This document shows, piece by piece, positions 11,901 to 21,881 of a DNA stretch of 64,000 nucleotides; positions within the stretch are counted from its first letter, which is position 1; each line of letters opens with the position of its first letter. The notes below the pieces were generated by a model, which did no database searches, had not been told where the DNA came from, and saw only the letters and a program-made list of their open reading frames with translations. Both the position numbers and the translations under genes were made by a program. Source of the DNA: an uncultured Phycisphaerales bacterium (GTDB lineage: Bacteria > Planctomycetota > Phycisphaerae > Sedimentisphaerales > Anaerobacaceae); NCBI GenBank assembly GCA_963772725.1, contig CAVYYI010000004.1:96001-160000 (forward strand). Direction: 5' to 3'.

Positions 11901-13862
11901 GCAGCAAAGAGCGTGCGGACTGGATTGAAGAATTAACGGAACTTGACCCGACCTATCCATACCGCAAAAAAATAGCTATGAACATGGCCAGATTAAACCT
12001 TGGCGATGACGTGGATAACGAAGATAGTTTATTCAAGAAACTTGCCGACATAATCAAAAAAGAACCAGACAGCCCCAACGGACTTGCCGCCAGAGGTATC
12101 TTTAAGGCTATAAGTGAACGTAAAAAACTTATTCAGGATGCACTGAAAGATGAATATCTCACGCCGGAGAAGATTGCCGCCAATGACGGCTATGTTGAAT
12201 GGCACTATAAACGTCCAAACCTGTTTTATATGGCCCATACGTTAAATGAGGCTAAGATCGCCGCCATGATTGAGAATATTGCCGAGGACGCGGGCGGCAT
12301 GATACAGATTAATAAGAACGAGATACGCCAGGCAATGGCCGTTGGCCGTCGAAAAGGTATGCTCATTCCAGAATGGCTCGCAAAGCAGCTCGAACGATCT
12401 GCCAGTAAATAACAGGAGTAATTTCATTGTCGAGTCTTTTACTAAGCCTTTTATACAATTCTGGAAGAGATGGATTTTGCGGGCTAATCCCATTCGTTAC
12501 AATGCCAGAAATGAATTAGGTGACGTTGAGCGATTGAATGCCTCCGGCCAGACAGCGGCAGCTAAAGAGATACCTGCTGTAATGAAGATACTCATTACTA
12601 AGACAGGGGATGAGTACGAGCAGATGAAGAAATTCGGCGTAATAAACTCCTCGCTCTGGAATGAGATGAACGATGTCAGTAAGCTGAAAGAATTCGAACG
12701 ATTTAAAAACCTGACAAACCAGAAGACCTTTGCCGCTGCGGTAAAGTCAGTAGTTCTTTCGCCAGCACGTTTAATACAAGGCGTAGGCAACATAGAGCAG
12801 AGCTTAACGCAATTCCGTGAGGACGTTTTGCGAGCGGCGGTATTCCTCCATAACTATAAAAAATTACAGGCAGGGCAAGAGGTGCGTCACTGGGCGGGCG
12901 ATATTGCCGATGTTATGGCGGTTGCGCAGGACGATAAAGCCAGAGCGGCGGCCATAATATCAAGAGAGACGATGGGCGATTATGGCAAGTTTACGCCTTT
13001 TGAAAATAATGCCTTGCGCAATGGCTGGATACCGTTCTATTCATGGATGAAGATTAACGGACTATTTTGGCCCAGAGTATTCAAGAACGCGGCTAAAGAA
13101 GGCGCCGCTGACCGCGTTGCGTTAATAGCGGCGGGTGTTGTCGGTAAGAATATCGCTAAATGGCTCATTCGGGCATTGGGCGCTTATGCCGCGGCATGGC
13201 TGTGGAATCACCGGGATGACAGGGCTAAACGCAGGGAGAGGTCTTTACCTTTCTGGCTGAGAACGATGCCGCATGTAAATATAGAGAAGTACACCTTGTG
13301 GGGCCAGACTGCATTAAGTGATTTCACTGAATGGTTTGATATGGATAAGCTTTCAGGGATACTCTGGAGGCATGAGGCGGGCTTCCTTAATACAAAAGAA
13401 GCCGCTATTGAAGCGGCTAAAACGATAGCAGAGGCTCCGGTCAATAAAGTTACCCAGGCTGTAAATCCGTTCATTAAGGCCGCGGTGACTGCATCAACAG
13501 GTCAATCCATATATCCAAGCGTCTTTGATCCTCATTTTGTGGCGTCGCCTGCCAGTAAGGATTCGGTCGAGAAGGCCGTGCTGGACACAATGGGCAGTGA
13601 CGCTAAGAAATTCTACCAATCTCTGGTAGCTGATAAAAAAGGACAAAAAAAGCCAATGGAAGATACTCTGGCTGCTTATTTCTCCGGCTGGTTTGGCAGG
13701 CCCACCGATGCCGATACAATGATCGAGGAGATACAGAAATCGCAAGCATGGACGTCGCTTAAAAATAAATCAAAAACAACCAGAAGACGTAAAGGTCAAG
13801 CAAAAAGTGGTAAAGAAGAAGAATGGCAGGAAGCACAAATAAGGGCAACCGCTACAAGATAA
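5894..13862 (+). CDS. Giant polyvalent/ejection protein (~2650 aa if one frameshift near 12393 is corrected) with beta-clamp-like and zeta-toxin-like domains
   Basis: ORFs 5894-12412 and 12342-13862 join (WLAKQL-D-DLPVNNRSNF) on removal of one base; clamp motifs at ~9390-10010; P-loop GGTGSGKST at ~10320. Confidence 0.75.
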
Positions 13863-13886
13863 TACAATATAGAAAGGGGACTAATA

Positions 13887-14105
13887 ATGCCGCCAGTAGC
13901 AGAAGCAGATTGTAAAGTACATGCAGAGCAGATTCAGGAATTGAAGGCATCGGATAAACTCCAGTGGGAGCATATCAATAAATGGAATGATACCATCCGT
14001 AAATATGTTCCGGTATGGGTAACATTGGTACTTATGGCCATGAGCGGATTAACGGCATCGGCCCTGACGTTTGCGGGCATGATGATGAAGGGTGCGGGCA
14101 AGTAG
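13887..14105 (+). CDS. Small membrane protein, holin-like
   Basis: 72 aa, short helical region then C-terminal hydrophobic helix; strong RBS. Confidence 0.4.
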   Translation: MPPVAEADCKVHAEQIQELKASDKLQWEHINKWNDTIRKYVPVWVTLVLMAMSGLTASALTFAGMMMKGAGK

Positions 14106-14117
14106 GGCAATTTAAAA

Positions 14118-14348
14118 ATGTATAAAAAAGTCGAGATAGAATGGATTGACAGCAAGTCCGGATTGAATGCCTGGGAGTATTTGGAAGATTTATCAGAGCT
14201 TAAACCTGCGATATGCAAAACTGCAGGCTATCTGATAGAGGATGCCAAAGAATATAAAATTATCGCGCAGTCTTTGAGCGATACGCAGGTTCACGGCAGA
14301 ATTGCAATACCCGCAGCGTGCATTATAAAGCTAAAACGAATAAAGTAA
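14118..14348 (+). CDS. Phage hypothetical protein
   Basis: 76 aa ORF with VEIEWIDS...W...C.TAGYL pattern typical of small phage proteins. Confidence 0.6.
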   Translation: MYKKVEIEWIDSKSGLNAWEYLEDLSELKPAICKTAGYLIEDAKEYKIIAQSLSDTQVHGRIAIPAACIIKLKRIK

Positions 14349-14374
14349 CTATTTCTTTGGATAAAGGAGAAGTA

Positions 14375-14701
14375 ATGAGCGATAGAAATACTGAAAAATT
14401 GAGCGGAGATATCCCTCCACCTCCAGAGTTCAGGGGTGATATGAGGGAGTGGGCCAGAGAATTATCGATCTATATTGAACAGCAACTACGAAGCCATAAT
14501 TCCGATATCCAAAATCTGTATGAACTAAAAATCTCCGCCGCCTTTAGCGGGGATTATAGTGCGGCATGGCCCGCAAAAAGAATCAACAATACTGACTTCC
14601 AGAATGTAGATACAGGTAAGTTTGCAATTGACACAAAGTCAACACCAAACAGAGTGGCAGTTTATGTTTATGGAACTGGATGGGTGGAAATAGGGAGTTA
14701 A
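14375..14701 (+). CDS. Paralog of 2896-3051 with C-terminal extension (108 aa)
   Basis: AAGGAG RBS; EKLSGDIPPPPEFRGDMREWARELSIYIEQQLRSHNSDIQNLYELK aligns without gaps to the 51-aa protein. Confidence 0.75.
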   Translation: MSDRNTEKLSGDIPPPPEFRGDMREWARELSIYIEQQLRSHNSDIQNLYELKISAAFSGDYSAAWPAKRINNTDFQNVDTGKFAIDTKSTPNRVAVYVYGTGWVEIGS

Positions 14702-14881
14702 TAATGTCAGATAACAAGAACAGGGATATCGAAATACAGAAAATTGTCGAAGAGCTAAAGACTTGCGACGAGCAGGATTTTAAATTTTTATGCAGGTTTA
14801 TTCCTGGATTTCTTCGTCAAGAAGTTCCCAGATAGCACGCCGGAGAAGTAGAAAATATTTGAGGATAAAGGAGAAGCGAAG

Positions 14882-15304
14882 ATGTTTGAAGACAAGAGCG
14901 TTGTTAAATTCGAGAATGGCCGGATTGATTTCAATATCGACCATGATTTCAGAATGTCAATGTCGGCCAAGGAGTGGCTGTTTGTAAATCTTTTGGCGGT
15001 AGAGCAAATACTGGCCGAGACTACCGCAGAAAATTTTGAGCAACAGAAACCAAGGCTGGAAAAAAACCTTGCTGCGGCGTTAAGCTGGAATTGGGTTATT
15101 GGCAGCACTGAAAAAAATGCCGAGCCAATGAGGGGTGGTATTGACGAGACTTGCTATAAGGTTTTCAATCAGTTAGACCAAAGGCCGCATCCGCCGGGAT
15201 TCGGTGCGATGTATGCCGATATAAGTGAAAGGCTCAAGCCCTTTGTTGAGAAGTTTAAGAAGTTGGCTCATTGCGAGGAACAGGATTCTTTAGCTTCGCA
15301 ATAA
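14882..15304 (+). CDS. Hypothetical protein
   Basis: 140 aa ORF with AAGGAG RBS. Confidence 0.6.
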   Translation: MFEDKSVVKFENGRIDFNIDHDFRMSMSAKEWLFVNLLAVEQILAETTAENFEQQKPRLEKNLAAALSWNWVIGSTEKNAEPMRGGIDETCYKVFNQLDQRPHPPGFGAMYADISERLKPFVEKFKKLAHCEEQDSLASQ

Positions 15305-15521
15305 AAGGCCGTAATTCATCTGATAAGTGACAATAAGACGCATCAGAGTTAGGATTGGTAAAATCCCATTTGCCGTCTTTAAGAATAGCTGCCTCCGCCA
15401 CTGCCGTGCCTGTGGAATTTATATAAGCTACCTGTATTTGCTGCGGCGAGTAGACATTACTCACAATGCAGCGGGTATTGCCGATATAAATTATGTCATT
15501 GATTTTTGTCATGGATTGCAT
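15255..15521 (-). CDS. Hypothetical moron protein
   Basis: 88 aa ORF coupled to the upstream minus-strand gene. Confidence 0.5.
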   Translation of the reverse strand: MQSMTKINDIIYIGNTRCIVSNVYSPQQIQVAYINSTGTAVAEAAILKDGKWDFTNPNSDASYCHLSDELRPFIAKLKNPVPRNEPTS

Positions 15522-15790
15522 ACCTTACAAGCCCTTCTTCCAGATTTCAGGGCCTCATCTCTGGAAGAGAAGCCTATTAAGTTTTGTCCTGATATTTTCT
15601 TGGCCCAGCGACAGGTCGGCTTATGGTAAATATCTCGCTGGGATGATGCGACATACATGTAATTATACTGTTGGCTTTTGACAATGCTATTATCGCGGCG
15701 GGTATGTGACCATGCAAAATGGCCAGCGAAAAAAACGAAAATCATCGCAGCGACAATTAGAAGCCAATTATGTTTGAGAAATTTTAGCAT
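15509..15790 (-). CDS. Membrane-anchored Ada metal-binding-domain protein
   Basis: N-terminal TM; YVASSQRDIYHKPTCRWAKKI...FSSRDEALKSGRRACKVCNP. Confidence 0.8.
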   Translation of the reverse strand: MLKFLKHNWLLIVAAMIFVFFAGHFAWSHTRRDNSIVKSQQYNYMYVASSQRDIYHKPTCRWAKKISGQNLIGFSSRDEALKSGRRACKVCNP

Positions 15791-15805
15791 TTGTAAGCCC
15801 CTTAA

Positions 15806-16273
15806 TTAATACCCCGAAAGCCATTCACTGGCCAAGATGGCCAAATCCATAAAATTTACTTGGCAATCTCCGTTTAAATCGCTAATAGGGCAATCGGAAA
15901 TATAATAACCAGTAACAGTAACAAACGATTCGCTTGGGCGATTTCCATTATCTGTATAACGTGGTTTTTGAATGATATTAAGAGTAGTATTTGGCTCCAT
16001 GACATATGAACCATCAAAAAAAGTAAAAGGCCCGGGAGATATTAATATTTGATCATCATAAAAATAAGTACAATCAGCGTGTCCTGACACAGTAAACTGC
16101 AAAAGCACTAATCCGTGACGAGGCGGTATAGTTAAAATCGAATATGCTTTTGGCGATGGATACATGGTGGAGCCGCCACTTGTTAAGGTTTGATTGAAAA
16201 AGAAATACTCATTGGAAAAAACCGTATCATTAAGAACGCATATCATTGTCAAAATAAACAAAAACTTCCGCAT
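15806..16273 (-). CDS. Secreted moron protein with C-terminal dockerin/EF-hand-like tag
   Basis: Signal peptide; ends CPISDLNGDCQVNFMDLAILASEWLSGY. Confidence 0.7.
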   Translation of the reverse strand: MRKFLFILTMICVLNDTVFSNEYFFFNQTLTSGGSTMYPSPKAYSILTIPPRHGLVLLQFTVSGHADCTYFYDDQILISPGPFTFFDGSYVMEPNTTLNIIQKPRYTDNGNRPSESFVTVTGYYISDCPISDLNGDCQVNFMDLAILASEWLSGY

Positions 16274-16381
16274 CTTCTTATTCCTAAGTTAAGTTTATAT
16301 AGCCAATTACCGAAAATGTCACTATGTCAACAATAGATTTTCAAAAATATTATTATATAGAGCAAATTAAGTGCATCTTAA

Positions 16382-17092
16382 TCAGCCATGCTTCTCGTGT
16401 TTTTGTTGTTTCTCTGCTCTGCCAGCTTCAGCAGCATTTTCGGTCATAGATTTAGTTTTTTTTGTTGCTTTTGATTGGATACTGCTTTCGACCAGAATAT
16501 ATCCGCCAACTTTATCTGCTATTTCTTTGAAAGGCTCACGGCAATGCGCTACTCTGTGTCCTAATTTTTTATGCGGGTCTTCGCATGTTTGGCCGCCGCC
16601 ATGTTCATGTTTTTCGAGACAGATAGGACATTTATCAATCACCCAATATTGAAGTTTGTCACGTATTTCGAGGTGAACTTGAGCTTTTGGCGTTTCATGA
16701 GGCGAACAATAAAGTCCATGATATATCTGTTCGGCGTGTTTATGACACAATCCTATAACAACTTTAAATAGTCCTATCCTCAATGTGGTATATTCCGTCG
16801 CCTGTTCCTTGCAATGTTGTTCACTACATTGAACATTGCTTCCGTCTTTGATAGGTAACGTAGAAAAGTACTCCATCAATGCCGCTACTTTTTGCTCAAA
16901 TTCAGAGATATCTGGTAATTTTTCGTACCCATTAGCAATAGCGGACATTCGCTCTCTACCCGCTGGAGAAAGCAATTTTAAAGCAATAATACCCGCAGAA
17001 AGAGCATTTTTTGTGCCGCCGTATTTAGCGGCCATTTCGTCGCCTATTGGAGTTGCGACATCGGTTAAAAATTTTTCAATTCTCTTTGCCAT
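16382..17092 (-). CDS. Putative prophage repressor (possible RHH N-terminus, Cys/His metal-binding C-terminus)
   Basis: First gene of the leftward unit at the divergent promoter; CSEQHC/CHKH and CPIC..HEH..HC motifs. Confidence 0.4.
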   Translation of the reverse strand: MAKRIEKFLTDVATPIGDEMAAKYGGTKNALSAGIIALKLLSPAGRERMSAIANGYEKLPDISEFEQKVAALMEYFSTLPIKDGSNVQCSEQHCKEQATEYTTLRIGLFKVVIGLCHKHAEQIYHGLYCSPHETPKAQVHLEIRDKLQYWVIDKCPICLEKHEHGGGQTCEDPHKKLGHRVAHCREPFKEIADKVGGYILVESSIQSKATKKTKSMTENAAEAGRAEKQQKHEKHG

Positions 17093-17179
17093 AATAAAAA
17101 ATACTAAAAAATATATGTTTTAAAAAAATTTTACTGCGATTTCAAATTAATGCAAGCCTTTAATTCAAAAGTACTTACA

Positions 17180-17261
17180 TTCGTGAGAAAATACTTTTTT
17201 CGTGCATTGTGTGAAAAAACGTGAAAAAAGTACTTGCTTTCACAAAAAAGGACGATATACT
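17180..17261 (+). promoter_or_regulatory. Divergent switch promoter/operator region
   Basis: TTGCTT(17234)-16 nt-TATACT(17256); repeated GTGA(G/A)AAAA and inverted TTTCAC motifs. Confidence 0.5.
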
Positions 17262-17464
17262 TTATAGAGACTTAGAAAGGAAAAACAAAGAATGATAACA
17301 AATCGCATACAGATGGAATTAGACGGAACACTTGAAATAGCTTTCTGTCCGGCGTCAATTATAATTTCCCTTCAACGACAGTTATTTTTACCGTTACTTC
17401 ATAACACTTACCTTAGCTTATAGCCTTTAGGAGGTGCCCCCCATGGGGGGCAAAATTTCGGACA

Positions 17465-18229
17465 TTACGTGTCCTTATTTTTCCGTCTCTGAGCTTCCTC
17501 AGCTCGGTAGCTCGGTACATTCAATTCAAGGATCACACTATGATGTACCAGCCGGTCGATCGCTGCTGCAGTGGTCATCGGATCCTTAAAGATGACTTCC
17601 CATTTACTGAACGGCAGATTGCTGGTAATCAACACGCTGCCACGTTCATAACAATGAGCTAATAAGGTAAACAGCACCTCCATCTCCTCGCGGTTCTGTT
17701 TGACATAGCCGAAGTCATCTATCATCAATGCCTCGTACTGTGACAGCTTCTTGAGCCATTTGTCCAGCTTCAACTCCTGCTTGGCTCGTAATAACTCCTG
17801 CAACATCATATCACACGTAGTAAAGTAAACCTTTTTTCCCTGCCGGGCAAGTTCATGACAGATACCACACAGTAAATGTGTCTTACCGCTGCCGGGTTTG
17901 CCAAATGCAAGAATATTCTCTGTTCTGTCAACAAATGAACCTTCCAAAAGAATTTTGACCTGCTGACGTATCTTCAACGGCATACGTTTAAAATCAAAGT
18001 TTGCCATGGTCTTTTCCATAGGAAGCTTTGAGGCTTTTACCAGCCTTGCGATTTTATTGGCTCTGCGAACATCACACTCACGCTGAGCCAATTCCAATAG
18101 ATATTGTGAATAACCCATATCTTCGGCGATAGCCTTCTGAGCGAACTCGGCGTAATATTCACGGAACATCGGCAGGTGAAGTTCTTTGAGAAGGTTTACA
18201 AGCTGATTATCCAGATCATTTTTACTCAT
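17465..18229 (-). CDS. istB: IS21 helper AAA+ ATPase
   Basis: GKPGSGKTHL, LMIDDFGY, TSNLPFSKW, AAIDRLVHHS. Confidence 0.96.
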   Translation of the reverse strand: MSKNDLDNQLVNLLKELHLPMFREYYAEFAQKAIAEDMGYSQYLLELAQRECDVRRANKIARLVKASKLPMEKTMANFDFKRMPLKIRQQVKILLEGSFVDRTENILAFGKPGSGKTHLLCGICHELARQGKKVYFTTCDMMLQELLRAKQELKLDKWLKKLSQYEALMIDDFGYVKQNREEMEVLFTLLAHCYERGSVLITSNLPFSKWEVIFKDPMTTAAAIDRLVHHSVILELNVPSYRAEEAQRRKNKDT

Positions 18230-19713
18230 ACCAGTAGTGCCTCCGCCGATTCAAGTAGACAGTCATAACTGTTCAGATCAATATCGCCAACACAAACGTC
18301 AGTGACATCCGGCGGCTGTTGTTCGGATTTGACTATTTGTTCTACCATATCAAAATCAATCGCATCTGCATGGTTGATCAGGAACCGCAAAGCTTCATTG
18401 ACAGATGTCTGGCTTTCGTTGGCAGCTAATTCAAGAATTTTCAGATACTGCTTATTACCCTGCTTCATCCCATGTTGATCACGCAGGAGATCATATGCGA
18501 TCCTGAACTGACTTGTGGGAAACATATCATCTTTATAGCAATAGTTCTCAAACGCCCCGGGTTTGCGAACAAGGGTATCTATAACGTGGCGGTAATTGAT
18601 GTAATGACCGTTTTCACCGTGTAATCTGGGCAATACTTCAATTCTTCTTTGAGCATACCAGACTTCGATATGTTCGGCATATATTCGAACGTCAACATTT
18701 TCTCCCCTAAGCCTGCTGTGAACAGAATAGCTGTTCTTAAGAACTCGGACCGTGCAGCCACGACTTACCCTGCATTTATCCCTGGTGAAATCTTCATGCC
18801 TGCGGGTTGGCAATTGCCGCAGAACCTTTAACTCTTCGGCCAAGAGTTTTGTGCGGCCGGTATTGAGTTGGTCGAGCAGCTTTTCAAGAAACATTTCATA
18901 ATCTTTCCTGCTGTTAAAATCTCTGCTTCCTCTAAGGATTAACGCCTGTTCAACAGCTCTCTTTAACCTGTGATGACGCTGCTCTATATCGCCGTTTTCA
19001 TTCGGACAGTGAGGCTGGATTTTACAGCTTTGGAAACCATAATGATTCGCAAGACCCTGATAGTTAGCCGTGAATTCCTCAGGATTGCCTACCTTGTTAA
19101 CCGCACAGGTTAAATTATCAGTCCTATGATAGCGTGGTATGCCGCCTAACTTCCAGAGGGCATTTTGAATACCGGCACTTAAACTTTCATAGCTTTCTGA
19201 AAAACATACCGTGACGGTTTCCCAGTTCGACAAACACAATACAAAATGGTACAGCATGTGAATAAAAGGTATGCCGCAAATGGTGATACCCAGCTTATTC
19301 ATCCTGGTAAAGTCTGATTCGCACCATTGGCCGGGTTTATAGATTTGTGGAAAAAACACTTCCTGAGCCGGACCGGACAAGGCTTTCCATTGTTTTACTC
19401 GTCTCTGGAAGGTTCTTAATTCGCTGTCCTGGTATTTACCGGGATATTCACGCTGCAGAGCCTCAAAAAGCGATTTAGATTCAAGACCGGAGTTGTTTTT
19501 GAGGAATTCTTCAACCCATGGCCAATCCCCTGCAAAGGCATCCGGATGGGTGGGCCAGTCGTGGATAGCTTGGCATTGGCTGGGCAGCACGCCCGTTTTT
19601 AAATACTTGCGGGCGGTTTTAGTGCTTATACCAGCCTTGTCTGCAAGCTGATATAAGGTCTTGCATTTGTTTTTCATAGCGAACAATCTCCTTACCTGTT
19701 TGTCTTTAACCAT
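18226..19713 (-). CDS. istA: IS21 transposase
   Basis: N-terminal HTH, PGQWCESDF, RTDN, PNENGDIE DDE core, NSYSVHS. Confidence 0.96.
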   Translation of the reverse strand: MVKDKQVRRLFAMKNKCKTLYQLADKAGISTKTARKYLKTGVLPSQCQAIHDWPTHPDAFAGDWPWVEEFLKNNSGLESKSLFEALQREYPGKYQDSELRTFQRRVKQWKALSGPAQEVFFPQIYKPGQWCESDFTRMNKLGITICGIPFIHMLYHFVLCLSNWETVTVCFSESYESLSAGIQNALWKLGGIPRYHRTDNLTCAVNKVGNPEEFTANYQGLANHYGFQSCKIQPHCPNENGDIEQRHHRLKRAVEQALILRGSRDFNSRKDYEMFLEKLLDQLNTGRTKLLAEELKVLRQLPTRRHEDFTRDKCRVSRGCTVRVLKNSYSVHSRLRGENVDVRIYAEHIEVWYAQRRIEVLPRLHGENGHYINYRHVIDTLVRKPGAFENYCYKDDMFPTSQFRIAYDLLRDQHGMKQGNKQYLKILELAANESQTSVNEALRFLINHADAIDFDMVEQIVKSEQQPPDVTDVCVGDIDLNSYDCLLESAEALLV

Positions 19714-20038
19714 CTGAAATCTCCTGACTTAATGAGTTTCAGATAGCATATTCCAACTTTAATTCATCCGGAACTTTTAACTGTCGCCGGAAGGTAAGAA
19801 TAATTGTCGCTGATCACTTTCAGACTATTTTGTAAAAACAATGACATTGATAAGACTCCTGATGGCGTTAAGCAATTAATACGCGAAACACCAGAATACA
19901 AATATTTAAATGCTCAGAATGCAGTCCCTGCCTCCGCAAATCCATCCGTGAATGAAAATGAAAAGACTACCCCGCCAGAGGTAGAAAGTCAAGATTAAAT
20001 TACCCATTTTAACAAAAAAAGTAGAAACGGAGTTCAAA

Positions 20039-20533
20039 ATGACAGGAAGACGGACAAAAAACGAATTGGCAGAGTTGAATACAAGGCTGGGAGAGATGAA
20101 AAACGAGATAGATGTTATCGGTGGCCAGATAACGAAGTTGCAAGCGAAAGTTGCGGTTATGGACAGGGCAGAAACAAAAGAGACAAAGAAAACGCTGGTA
20201 GAAAAGATTATGAAGGGGATAGAAGTCAGCTACGATGGCGATGATGATGGCCTGCGAGAATTTCTCGAAGTACGGCTAAACACCAAAATAATTAAAGGGG
20301 ACCGTCAATTCATACTCAATGCCACAAGGGACTGGCTTAATAATCAGCATATAGTGTATTTGGAAACTTATTATCTAATACTTTGCAATATCAATAGGCA
20401 AGAGGCTGAGCAGAAAGAACAGAAAGAGGCTGAGAAGGAACAGTACGTGAAATTAATTGCAGGCCATTTGAGTCGCAAGAAATCATGTGCTTTTACAAAA
20501 ACTCTGTACTTGGAACTGATTAAATATAACTAA
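20039..20533 (+). CDS. Hypothetical coiled-coil protein
   Basis: 164 aa ORF with RBS. Confidence 0.6.
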   Translation: MTGRRTKNELAELNTRLGEMKNEIDVIGGQITKLQAKVAVMDRAETKETKKTLVEKIMKGIEVSYDGDDDGLREFLEVRLNTKIIKGDRQFILNATRDWLNNQHIVYLETYYLILCNINRQEAEQKEQKEAEKEQYVKLIAGHLSRKKSCAFTKTLYLELIKYN

Positions 20534-20736
20534 TGAGACCTTATCCAGAAAATTTAAAGAGACCAGTAACCTTATTCACGCTGTTCAATGCCAAGCAGCT
20601 TGAGCAGATTGGATTGTGCGACCAAAGGTTCTGGCAGCGATGGCGGCAGATGAGTCGCGGGCCTAAATATATACGCAAGGGACATAGATATTTGTACAGG
20701 TTGATTGATGTTTGCAGATGGGTAAATGCAAATTAG
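20533..20736 (+). CDS. Small HTH (AlpA/excisionase-like) DNA-binding protein
   Basis: WQRWRQMSRGPKYIRKGHRYLYRLIDV..W. Confidence 0.65.
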   Translation: MRPYPENLKRPVTLFTLFNAKQLEQIGLCDQRFWQRWRQMSRGPKYIRKGHRYLYRLIDVCRWVNAN

Positions 20737-20751
20737 GGAATTGAGAGAAAA

Positions 20752-21111
20752 ATGGCTAAGAAACAAAAAGATTACGATACCTCGCTGCGTGACGGAATGA
20801 TAGTCAGATTCGTCCGGCAAGGTAAAAGCTATGCACAAATAGCCAGAATGCCAGCGGTGGAATTGTCAGCGGGAAGAATAGCGGAAATCATCAATACTCA
20901 TCCAGACTATAACAACATCGTAACCGACCGCAATAAGGCCAGACTGCGACAGATGGCAGATGAGGCGTTTGAGAATTATGAACCTATCAAGAATGAAAAG
21001 AAGAAACGGCTAACCGCTGAAAAACTCAGGAAATTGACAATCGGCCAGCTGCATAAAGAAGACCAGCTTATCTTCCAGAAGGTAGCCAAGGCTGTGGAGA
21101 TAGGAGAATAA
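20752..21111 (+). CDS. HTH-containing phage protein
   Basis: QGKSYAQIARMPAVELSAGRIAEII. Confidence 0.6.
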   Translation: MAKKQKDYDTSLRDGMIVRFVRQGKSYAQIARMPAVELSAGRIAEIINTHPDYNNIVTDRNKARLRQMADEAFENYEPIKNEKKKRLTAEKLRKLTIGQLHKEDQLIFQKVAKAVEIGE

Positions 21112-21113
21112 AA

Positions 21114-21380
21114 ATGTCAAAAATCTGGAAAAAAGCAAGGTTTGCGAGGGGCAGGCGGAAATACTTCGGGGCCTTCCCTTGTAATTGCCAAACGTCAGGT
21201 GCAATGATGCTTTACTTCAACGAGGCGTATCATCTGCCGTTCTCGCAGGAGTTTAAAGATGGCTGGTTCATCTGCCTCAATAAGACAATATACCGCATCG
21301 CCAGAACGCTCCTCATCGAGCCGTCACAAGTTACCGCGGACGTTATCCGCGATTGGTTTCATCGGGTTAAAAAAGATTAG
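21114..21380 (+). CDS. Hypothetical protein
   Basis: 88 aa ORF, coupled, with RBS. Confidence 0.55.
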   Translation: MSKIWKKARFARGRRKYFGAFPCNCQTSGAMMLYFNEAYHLPFSQEFKDGWFICLNKTIYRIARTLLIEPSQVTADVIRDWFHRVKKD

Positions 21381-21404
21381 GGAATTTTGGGAAAGGGAAT
21401 TGAG

Positions 21405-21740
21405 ATGTCAGAAGAAAAAGCAATACGCGAAGGCATATTAAGAAGGGTTCCGCTTGTCGCCAAAAAATACGATATCAGCCCCGAAGCAATCGAGCGATTG
21501 CGAAAAGACTTAGAGCCGCTGATGAATATCTTAGGCGGAGTGGCAAAACAACAGCTTAAGAGCATCGTGACCTATGCGGGCGAACTGATGAACCTCATCA
21601 GGACTAACTGTCATGATTGCATGATATTTAAGAACAGCAATTACACAGCATCCGGCGTCTCGGCGACAATCAAGGATAAATTCGACGGCCAGCTTTACAA
21701 GGTGACTATTGAGCCGCTTTACCAGAAGGATGGCGAGTAA
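21405..21740 (+). CDS. Hypothetical protein
   Basis: ORF starting MSEEKAIREG within the early operon. Confidence 0.55.
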   Translation: MSEEKAIREGILRRVPLVAKKYDISPEAIERLRKDLEPLMNILGGVAKQQLKSIVTYAGELMNLIRTNCHDCMIFKNSNYTASGVSATIKDKFDGQLYKVTIEPLYQKDGE

Positions 21741-21881
21741 TGAAGCGGATGTCAACTATCGAAATCAATCTGGAAGCAAAGCGGATTAGTGACTTATGGC
21801 TCGGAAGATACGGCGCACGTAACGCCAACAAAATAAGTTTAGCGGTAAGAAGATTATTTAGAGTTAAGAAAGGGAATTGAT

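Larger units (their letters stand above)
17346..19816 (-). mobile_element. IS21-family insertion sequence, 2471 bp, with 5-bp target duplication CTTTC
   Basis: TG...CA ends; imperfect IRs TGTCCGGCGTCAATTATAATTTCCCTTCAACGACAGTTA and TGATCAGCGACAATTATTCTTACCTTCCGGCGACAGTTA; CTTTC at 17341-17345 and 19817-19821. Confidence 0.95.
17292..19998 (+). pseudogene. Cro-position small regulator (76 aa) split by IS21
   Basis: MITNRIQMELDGTLEIAF (17292-17345) rejoins in frame with RLFCKNNDIDKTPDGVKQLIRE... (19822-19998) on removing the IS and one CTTTC copy. Confidence 0.8.

Noticed and set aside
12380..12412. Programmed frameshift in the giant protein
   Set aside because: No slippery heptamer at the junction and a high background indel rate; needs a read check
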